Source of the DNA: Mobula hypostoma
Taxonomy: Eukaryota
Assembly: GCF_963921235.1 (NCBI RefSeq)
Contig: NC_086108.1
Span: 95,730,001-95,790,000, forward strand
Reading direction: 5' to 3'
Length of the DNA: 60,000 nucleotides
In this document: positions 50,499 to 60,000 of the stretch, in pieces
Layout: every line of letters starts with the position of its first letter
Numbering within the stretch: position 1 is the first letter of the stretch
Notes under the pieces: generated by a model
The model's input: only the letters and a program-made list of their open reading frames with translations
The model's database searches: none
Told to the model about the DNA's origin: nothing
Translations under genes and position numbers: made by a program

Positions 50499-51614
50499 TA
50501 ATCCAAGTTGAATAAAGAATAAAGGTCTTTGGGGATAACTTCCCTACTCCCCTTTGAAAACCAAGTGCCGACGAGACGGTGGTGTAATGTCTCATTCTCA
50601 GATGAATTCAATGAGCTTCGACTTGCTTCCAAGTGCAAGGACAGATGATGGTGCCACCCACCGCCAGCAGTCTCGGTCTCTGTGGGGAGCTACACCTGAC
50701 AGCTGGCAATTACTGTTCCACGGCAGAGAAAGGCTACCCTCTCAATGGGGCCTCCGAGAATCACAGTATCTGAAACGTCCAGTATCTGATGTGCATTGAG
50801 GCAAAAAAAAAAGCAAGATTATTGTATATTAAAACAAAAAAAAAATCATGGCACTGTACTTAACCTGACTTTCATGTCCAAAATAATATGTTAAGACTTG
50901 GATTTTTCCATTTCTTTTTAGTTCAGCTTCTTTTTTTATATTATTAATAGTGCCTAGTTAAGTCTGATCAGTGTCTGGTGGCGGTGGTGGCATCCGTTAG
51001 TCTCGCGAGACCATGGATCTGTGCCTGGAAAGTCTTGCTTCAGTCTGCATTACAGCAGCGTCTGTTGTGGCTGTGATGTACAATTACGTCAAAAGTAGAA
51101 ATGCAAAATACAGATTAGTATGGGATTTATCTAATCATTTCTTTGGCAAAATATTAATCACAAAACTCTGCGGCACAAACTTTTACTCCTTAGTGATTTT
51201 AAGCACCCTGGTGCCAGTGACAGCGTATCCCACAGGCAACTCAGTCTGGTTGGTAACCTGAAAACCATCCACACTGTTCTTACAGCTTCATTCAGTTTAC
51301 TTTAAGTTCTACACAACTAATATTCATTACAGGCACAGAGTGCTATATATACACATGTCACACATACAATATGGAAAAACTGATTCAAAAAAATTTTAAA
51401 GGCTTCCTCAGGAGAGTTAAAAACAAAACCAAAAAAAAAATCAAGGCCCAAGTATAATAAATACAAATGCTGCAGATCAATCCTTGGTTCTTTCTCTGAA
51501 ATTTTGACTTTATAAATGACAAACTTGATACACATTATTTGGCATTCATTTGAAGGTGAACCAGTGTCATAACTGGTCTCGGAGGTCCTCCTGATTTTTC
51601 ATTCCTCATCTGTT

Positions 51615-54600
51615 AAGGCAGAGTCAGTGCAGTGGGACTGGCTCCAGGGGCTGTTTTGTTCTGTGTGAGAGATGTGGGAATTCTGGGAGCTCTCTAGTCT
51701 CCTGGATAACTACACCTGCACCAGGTGCAGCCAGCTGCAGCCCCTCTGAGAACGTGTCAAGGAACTGGAACTGGAGATGCAGCTCAATGATCTTCGGCTC
51801 ACACGGGAGACTGAGGAAGTGATAACTAGGAGCTACAGGGAAGGTAATCACAGCTAGGTTACAGGAGGCAGGTAACAGAGGCGACTGTCAGGAGAAGGAA
51901 GGAAAATGGACAGCCAGTGTGGACATACCCCTGTGGCTGTTCCCCTCAGCCATAAATATACCACTTTAGATACTGCTCAGAGGGGATGCCCTACTGCTGG
52001 GGGGGCGGGGGGGGGCGCAGTGGTGGAGTCTCTGGCACTGAGTCTGGCTCTGTGGCTCAAAACAGAGGTGAAGAAGGCTGCAATAGTGACTGCAGATTCC
52101 ACAGAGGAATAGAACAAGATTCTGTGGACGTGATAGAGACACTCAGATGATATGTTGCCCCTAGGTGCCCAAGTCAGGGATGACCCACAGCATTCTGAAG
52201 GGGGAGGGTGAGCAGCCAGAAGTCTTAGTACATATTGGCACCAATGACATAGGCAGGAAAGGTGAGGAGGTCCTGAAGCGAGCTAGTTAGAGAGCTGAAA
52301 AGCAGGACATCCAAGGCAGCAATCTCTGGTTTGCTGCCTCTGCCACGCACTAGTGACGGTAAGAATAGGATGATTTGACAGATGCATGCATGGCCGGGGA
52401 ACTGATGCAGGGGTCAAGGCTTCAGGTTTCTGGATCATTGGGATCTCTTCTCGGGAAGTTACAACCTGTACAGGAGGGACAGGTTACACCTGAACATGAA
52501 GGGAACAATTGCCCTTGCGGTCATGTTCGCTAGAGCTGTTCGGGAGGGTTTAAGCTAATGTAGCAGCAGGATGGGAACCAGAGCGATGGGGCCGAGGTTG
52601 GGGTACTTGGCTTACAGAGGCAATGTGCAGTGGGACTGCTAGCCAGGAGAGGCTGATGTCAGGGCAAAATTGCAGTGAGCAGGATGGGCTGCAATGTAAA
52701 AGGGGACAAAATCGAAAAGGGTAATGGATACGGGACTGAAGGTGTTATATTTGAATGCATGCAGTAGACGGACAAAGTAGATGATCTTGTGGCACAGTTA
52801 CAGATCGGCATATACGATATTGCGGGCATCACTGAATCGTGGCTAAAAGAAGATTATAGCTGAGAGTTTAACAACCAAGGATACACATTGTATCATAAGG
52901 ACAGGCAGAGGTGGTGGGGTGGCTCTGTTAAAAATGAAATTAAATCATTAAAGAGGTGATGTAGGATCAGAAGATGTAGGATCATTGTGGGTAGAGCTAA
53001 GGAACTGCAAGGATAAAAAGACCCCGATAGGAGTTACATACAGACCTCCAAACAGTAGTAAAAATGTAGTCTACAAATAGCAACAGAAGATAGAAATGCA
53101 AGTCAAAAGGGCAATATTACGATAGTCATGGATTTCAATATGCAGGAAGATTGGGAAAATCAGGTTGGTGCTGAATTCCAAGAGGGGGAATTTGTAGAAT
53201 GCCTATGAGATAGCTTTTTATGGTTGAGCCCACTAGGGGATCAGCTCTTCTGGACTGGGTGTTGTGCAATGAAATGGAATTGATTAGAGAGCTTAAAGTA
53301 ATGGAACCTTTAGGGGGTCAGCGATCATAGCATGAGCAAATTCACCCTGCAATTTGAGAAAGAGAAGCTAAAGTCAAACGTAACAGTATTACAGCAGAGT
53401 AAAGGGAATTACAGAGGCATGAGAGAGAAGCTGGGCAAAGCTGATTGGAAGGGCAGACAAGCAGGGATGGTGGCAGAGCAGAAATGGCTGGAATTTCTGG
53501 GAGCAATTCAGAAGGTGAAGAAGTAATAGTATTCTAAAGGTAGGATGATACAACCGTGGCTGACAAGAGAAGTCAAAGCCAGCATAAAAACCAAAGAGGG
53601 GGCATATAATAGGGCAAATTTAGTGGGAAGTTAGAAGATTGGGTAGCTTTTAAAAATCAACAGAAGGCAATTTAAAAAGTCAAAAAGGAAAATATGGATT
53701 ATGAAGGTCAGCCAATAGTATTGAAGAGCTTCTTCAGATATATGAAGTGTAAAAGAGAGGTGAGAGACTGTTGGAAAATTATGCTGGAGAAGTAGTAATG
53801 GGAGACAGGGAAATGGCGAATGAACTGAATTGCCAGAAGTCCAGAAGTGTCAGGGGGTAGAAGAGTGAGAAGTTGCCATAACCAGGGAAAAGGTGCTTGG
53901 AAAACAAAGGTTTGAAGGTAGACAAGTCAGCTGCACTAGATGGTGGACACCCCAGAGTTCTGAAACAGGTGGGTGAAGGGATCACGGAAGCTTTTGTAAT
54001 GATCTTTCAAGCATCACTAGATTCTGGGGACTGGAAAATTGCCAATGTCACCTCACTTATCAAGAAGGGAGATAGACAGAAGAAAGGAAATTACAGGCCA
54101 GTTAGTCTGACCTCAGTGAGTGAAAAGATTTTGAAGTCGATTGTTAAGGATGTGGTTTTGGGGTACTCAGATACATGATAAAATAGACTGTAGTTAGCAT
54201 AGTTTACTGAAGGGAAAATCTTGCCAGACAAATCTGTTGGAATTCTTTGAAGAGATAACATGCAGGATAGACAAAGGAGACTTGATGGATATTGTGTACT
54301 TGGATTTTCAGAAGGCCTTTGACAAGGTGCCACACGTGATGTTGCATAACAAGTTAAGAGCCCATAGTATTACAGGAAAGATTTTAGCATGGATAAAGCA
54401 GTGGCTGATTGGTAGGAGGCAAAGAGTGGGAATAGAGGGAGTCTTTTCTGGCTAGCTGCTGGTGACTAGTAGTGTTCCACAGGGGTCTGTGTTGGGACCA
54501 CTTCTTTTTAAGCAATATGTTAATGATATGCATGATGTAATTGATAGCTCTGTGGCCAAGTTTGCACTTGAAGATAGGTGGAGGGGCAGGTAGTTTTGAG

Positions 54601-55420
54601 GAAGCAGACAGGCTACAAAAGAAGTTAGACAAATTAGGAGAATGAGCAAAGAAATGGTACAAAGAAAAGCGTGGACTATTTTCCAAATGTGGAGAAAATT
54701 TAAAAATCTGAGGTGCAAAGGGATTTGGTAGTCCTTGTGCAGGATTCCCTAAAGGTTAATTTGCAGGTTGAGTCAGTGGTGAGGAACGCAAATGCGATGT
54801 TAGCAACCATTTCGAGAGGACTAGAATATAAATGCAAGAATGTAATGCTGAGGCTTTATAAGGCACTGGTGATGACTCACTGAGTATTGTGAGCAGTTTT
54901 GGGACAGTTTATTTTAAAAAAGATGTGCTGACATTAGAGCGGGTTCAAAGGGAGTTCATGAAAATGATTCTGGGATTGAAAAGCTTATCATATGAATAAC
55001 ATTTGATAGCTCTGAGCATGTACTCAGTGGAATCCAGAAAAATGAGGGGGGATGTCATTAAAATCTATTGAATGTTGAAAGGCCTCAATAGAGTTGAAGT
55101 GGAGAAGATTTTTTTTTAAATGGTGGGAGAGTCTAAGACCAGAGGACACAGACTCAGAATAGAGGGATGTCCATTTAGAATGGAGATGAGGAGGAATTTC
55201 TTTAGCCAGAGGGTGAGAAATCTGTGGAATTCGTTGCCAAAGGCAGCTGTGGAGGCCAAGTAAGTTATTGGATGTATTTAAGACAGAGGTTGGTAGATCC
55301 TTGATTAGTCAGGGCATAAACAGATATAGGGAAGAGATCGAGGCCGAGAGGGAAATATTGAAATGGTGGAGCAAACTTGATGGGCCAAACGGCCTAATTC
55401 TGCTCCTATATCTTATGATC
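51615..55420 (+). mobile_element. Near full-length decayed CR1: ORF1 (Cys motif + SGNH/GDSL esterase) and ORF2 (APE + RT) + 3' UTR
   Basis: CSVCEMWE..NYTCTRC; LVHIGTNDIG (approx. 52223); DRLHLN (approx. 52478); GITESWL, NYRPVSLTSV, YLDFQKAFDKVPH; many stops. Confidence 0.92.
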
Positions 55421-55784
55421 TTAGAGGGTGATTTCTGTTTATTATCTGGAGGCTTTTGTAGTGGTTATATCTCAGTATATTGCTTTATAATTTAGCAAGT
55501 GCACTGATCTTTCTTTCCTTGCTATGGCTAATATGATTAACTTGGGTCTGGCATGAAAGAAAGTGTGATTTGCTTCTCCATTTACCCCAGATTGGGAATA
55601 TTTTCGGGTCCTGTGGGTCTTGTGCAGTGTCTAATGATAAGCAGAATGTCAGCCAACGAGCTACATTTGGGACAGAGGGTGTACTTAGGTTCACAGCAAG
55701 CAGTCTAGCATCAAACTAAAATCAATTAACTTGAGAAAATAGTGTTTGTTTAAGGACTGGAAGAAAAGAACTTGCAAAAGAGCA

Positions 55785-56505
55785 TCACACACAAAGTGCT
55801 AGAAGAACTCAGCAGGTCAGGCAGCACCTATGGAAATAGATAATAGTCAATGTTTCGGACTAAGACCCTTCATCAGGACTGGAAAGGAAAGACGAAGATG
55901 CCAGAATAAGAAGCTGGAGGGAGGGGAAGGAGTACATGTTAGAAGGTGATAGATGAAGTCTGGTGCGTGAGAAAGGGTCAATGAAGAAAGCAGCCGGGAG
56001 GTGATAGATAGAAAAGGCAAAGGGCTGGAGAAGAAATCTGATTGGAGAGGAAAGTGGACCATGGAAGAAAGGGAAGGAGGAGGGGCACGAAGAGGAGGTA
56101 GGCATGTTAAAAGAGGTAAGAGGTCAGAGAAGGGAATTGAAGAGAAAAGGGGGAGGTGGGCAATTACTGGAAGTTTGAGAAATCAATGTTCATGCATCAG
56201 GTTGGAGGTTACCCAGACATAATATGATGTGTTACTCCTCCAAACGGAGAGTGGCAGAAGAGGAGGCCATGGACCAACATGTCAAAATGGGAATGGGGAT
56301 AGGAATTAAATGGTTGGCCAATGGGAAACTTCACTTTATGCAGTTGAAGCAAAGGTGCTCAACAAAGCGGTCCTCCAATCTATGGCCCAGTCTCACCAAT
56401 GTAGAGGTAGCCGTATCGGGAGCACCGGATTCAGTAGACGGCACACACACATTTGCAAGTGAAGTGTTGCTTCACCTGGAAGGAATGTTTGGGACCCTGA
56501 ATGGA
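55785..56505 (-). mobile_element. Penelope-like element: GIY-YIG remnant + 3' region
   Basis: minus strand IQGPKHSFQVKQHFTCKCVCAVY*IRCSRYGYLYIGET. Confidence 0.9.
55844..55881 (-). ncRNA. Minimal hammerhead motif, core intact but stem III/cleavage site decayed
   Basis: CAGUC CUGAUGA A GGGUCUUAGUCC GAAAC AUU GACUA (GUC changed to AUU, consistent with CpG decay). Confidence 0.65.
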
Positions 56506-56994
56506 GGAGCACAGCAACTTCTTTCCATAAAAGCAGAATTTTTTCCCGCATTAAATAGAGGATATACAGACATCTAAGAAAAGATGTGCTAGCATTGGAG
56601 AGAATCCAGAGGTTAATGATCATGTAGTAAATTTCCCACGTTTCCCCTGTAGCTCAGCATGACAAAATTGAAAGTCTGAACCGCACTTTTTAAAATTTTC
56701 AGATATTTAAATTTGCTAGGCTATTCTGTCAGAGGGTGAAGGCCCATCCTCTCTGCCCACAATAGCTTTAGATGCAGCTCCAAATGCAGTCAATTTCTTT
56801 GTTATTTAATTTCCCCCAATACTGAAAGAGGAAAACAAAACATTCTTATAGAGTCAAGTAAGATATTTGTCCCACGACTTTACATGTCAAGTCATCTGTT
56901 ACCTCCAGTTAATTTTTTTTCCTGGCCATGACAAGATCTGCCAACATGATGGCTCCTTAAGGAGTTTATTTTTTTAATCTATCCTTTTACGTCT

Positions 56995-57120
56995 ATCTAT
57001 TTTGATACAGCACATAATAGGCCTCTCCAGGCCTTTGATCTGCGCCGCCCAGCAACTCCTGTTTAACCTTAGCCTAATCACAGGATGACCAATTAACCGA
57101 TCAACTAGTATATCTTTGAA
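56995..57120 (-). mobile_element. V-SINE 3' part
   Basis: tagcctaatcacagga, gaccaattaacc. Confidence 0.65.
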
Positions 57121-57354
57121 CAGAACCAGTTTCCATATATTATGTTATGATGTTACGCATCCAATTTGAACAATAGTTTTAGGATCTGTTCAATTAACTC
57201 TTTTTCTGATCTACAGGGATCTATTGAGCATCAATCCGATGGTAACAAATTATTTTATTCCCACAATGAACAAAAAAAAAGCAGAAAATGCTGGAAATAA
57301 TCAGCAGGTGAGGGAGGATCTATGAAACACCGCAAGGCACGCAGAGAAACAAGA

Positions 57355-58575
57355 GTTCAAAATTGAAATTACCTTTATTATCAAAGTACGTATGTCACTA
57401 TATACTATCTGGAGTCTTATTTTCTGGCCAAACAAAGTAGTACAATAGAATCAATGGAAACTACACACAGACTGACAAACAACCAACGTGTAAAAGACAA
57501 TAAACTGTGCAAATAAAAAAAATCAATAAGTAAATAAATAATACTCATGAGAACATGAGTTGTAGAGTCTTTGAATGTGAGTTCATTGGCTGTGGAATCA
57601 CTTCAGTGTTAAGGTGAAGGAATCTATCCACACTGGTTCAGGAACATGATGGTTGAAGGGTCTTAACTGTTCCTGAAACTGGTGACATGGGACTCGAGTC
57701 TCCTGCACCTCCTTCCCAATTGCAGCAGCAAGAAGAAAGCATGGCCTGGATCCTGAGGGTCCCCGATGATGTTTGCCACTTTCCTGCAACAATGCTCTGT
57801 GTGGGTGTGCTCAGTGGTGTGGAGGTTTTTTCCCCCCTGTGACGGACTGGTTCAAAGGTTCATTTTATTGTCAAAGTGTGCATGTACAACGCAACTCTGA
57901 TACTCATCTTCTCCAGATAGCCATGAAATTAAGAAAGACCATGAATTTTTGAATTAAAAGGCATCAACTCACACCCCCGGAACAAAAAAGAAAAAGAAAC
58001 CGAACCTGTGAACCCGCAAATCCCCCGCCCTTCCCCGGCAGAAAAAAAAATCAGTGACAATAGCAACAAATTCCCTACCACTCTACGCTGAAAAAAAACA
58101 ATGACAATAACAATCCCTGATACTCTCACTCGCAAAAAACAGCAACAATAGCATCAAAACCCCTAACCTCCCCCACACATAAAAACCCCACCCCCCAACT
58201 GGCCACCAGAAAGGAAAAAAACAGCGAAAAACTAAAGACGGCAAATATAAAGTACAGTCCAATCTCAGAAACATCCTTCTGCCAGCATACGAGGAGAGCA
58301 GACGCACAAACTCAATCCTTCTGTGAAGAGTGACCTCCACGCTGGGTCCAAACTGCTGACTGTTGTCACCTTGGTGGCCTCCATTGGGAACAATCACTGA
58401 CCAGGTCCAAATGCCTCTGAGCCAGCTGCTGACAGTCGTCGTCCCTGTGGCCTCCACTGGGAGTGACCGCTGACCGGATCTGAACGCCGCTGATCGTCGT
58501 CATCGCTCCACTGGACAGTGTCCAGCACTTTTTGTAGGCTTTTCTGTTCTTGGGCATTGATGTTTCCATACCAGT
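57355..58575 (-). mobile_element. Rex1/Babar 3' fragment (57355-57852, 58511-58575) split by a non-coding retroposon (57851-58510)
   Basis: matches 30845-31345; ...gacggactgg | ggacagtgtccagcactttttgtagg continuity. Confidence 0.8.
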
Positions 58576-58939
58576 TTCTAGGTCAATTATCTCGAATCAT
58601 TTGAGTCCAGTCTTGAGTAATAATCAGATCTTCAGTGAAAACACGCGTATGCATAATCTGTAGCAAGGGTGTGGCTATGGAAACCAACTCAGTAACAAAC
58701 TTGTGCAGTAAAGATATCCATATCATATAAAGCTAAACATCAAGACACTTTCAATCAAAAGTGGCGGCACGGAGAAGGGAAATGAGCACATGAAGACACC
58801 CCAATCTACAAATTCTGCTCCAAATCATCTAGAACCTTCAGTTCAAGATCAACGGGTAATCATTCATTGAAAATGGGTCCAAGATTCTACCTAACAGGAA
58901 TTGGGGAAGTACCTTCACCATGCAGATTATAGCAACGGA

Positions 58940-59478
58940 CATACAACTTAAAACATACTTATAATCTCACCACGGCCCAAAAAGCACATCAGCACCTCTA
59001 CTTCCTCGGGCAGATAACAAAATCTGACATGTCCCCTTTGACCCTCACCAATTTTTAATCAGTTCATCCTATCCCGGTGCATCGCAGCTTGGTACCACAA
59101 GAAGATGCACAGAGCTGTGGTTACAACCCAGCACATCATGGAAACCAACTTCTTCTCCATGGTCTCTGTCTACACCTCACACCAGCATAATCAGAGACCA
59201 CAGCCACCCAGGCAGTCGCTCTTTCTCCTGCCCATCAGTAGAAGATACAAAAGCATGCACCTTTTGTATCAATCATTCTAACTATTGTGTGGACCCCTAG
59301 TTTGATAAGACTCTTGACTCTACAATCTATTGCATATGCCTTGCATCTTACTGTCTGCCTGTCCTGCACCTTCTCTGCAACTGTAACACTTTATTCTGCA
59401 TTCCCCTGTACTACCTCAATCCTCTGATGTGATGAAATTACTTGCATCGATGACATGCAAAACAAAATTTTTCACTAC
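58940..59478 (+). mobile_element. Decayed Rex1/Babar 3' part
   Basis: aaagcacatcagcacctctacttcctc, gcagcttggtac, cccagcacatcatggaaacc. Confidence 0.7.
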
Positions 59479-59874
59479 TGTGGTAAGTGCAGTATAACAA
59501 TAATGAACAAAGTTAATCTAACAGTTTTCCTTTTCCATTTCCGGTAAAGGGTTACTGACCACAAAATATTGTACCTGTTTCTCTCTCCATGGATGCTATT
59601 CGACCTGAGAATCCCAAGGTTGGCCATTTTTAATGCAGCTTTCAGGATCCACAGGTTTTTCTGCTTTTCAATGTTATAATACTGTTTCCTCCACAAACAT
59701 TCAATATTTTCATCATGTCCCTCGGTGAATGAACTTTGAACTGTTTGTTCGCATGGCATCTATTAAAACTACAAGGTGAGAAGTTTCAAGTTCCTGGGCG
59801 TCAATAGGTCAGAGAACCTATTGTGGGCCCAACATATTGATACGAGCATGACAAAAGCACAATAGCGCCTATAC

Positions 59875-60000
59875 AGTCTGTCTGTCTAGGTACCATATCC
59901 GATGCGGACTTTGGTGACCATGGTTTTCCATATAGATCTATCCTTCGTTTTTTGGATAACTTCCATTTCCTTGATGTGTAGCCACCTGGCTATGGTTTTG
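59875..60000 (-). mobile_element. RTE-like LINE 3' end (runs off window)
   Basis: minus strand KTIARWLHIKEMEVIQKTKDRSIWKTMVTKVRIGYGT* followed by (agac)n tail. Confidence 0.6.

Noticed and set aside
29462..60000. Search for BTBD8 exons 1-2 (first BTB domain, HKAVLLAR-like motif)
   Set aside because: Not found by eye; presumably beyond the window, though a divergent exon could have been missed

Overview
Eukaryotic (vertebrate) genomic DNA. The repeat content (HE1/V-SINE-like SINEs, CR1, Rex1/Babar, Penelope) points to a cartilaginous fish, probably a ray; this is an inference. The whole window lies inside one minus-strand gene, a BTBD8 (APache/KIAA1107) orthologue. Ten internal coding exons (approx. 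exons 3-12, 29461 down to 1327, 1322 nt) splice in frame through GT-AG introns and encode the inter-BTB linker, the second BTB domain and the following helical/BACK-like region. I found no upstream exon in 29462-60000, so that intron is >30 kb. The introns are packed with often nested transposon remnants: CR1 LINEs (one nearly intact ORF2, one near full length with an esterase ORF1), Rex1/Babar and RTE LINEs, Penelope-like elements (PLEs), tRNA-derived SINEs and a Tc1 remnant. The most notable non-obvious signal is a set of at least seven 38-nt minimal type I hammerhead ribozyme motifs in the PLE ends. One copy has an intact catalytic core on the BTBD8 pre-mRNA strand, and two sit in tiny TSD-flanked insertions. 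PLE-borne hammerheads are a known class, so the possible novelty is local (arrangement, activity, effect on the host transcript). I saw no evidence for an entirely new multi-gene system. Repeat boundaries are by eye (approx. +/-10-30 bp); exon boundaries were read base by base. Human BTBD8 comparisons are from memory, not from a search.
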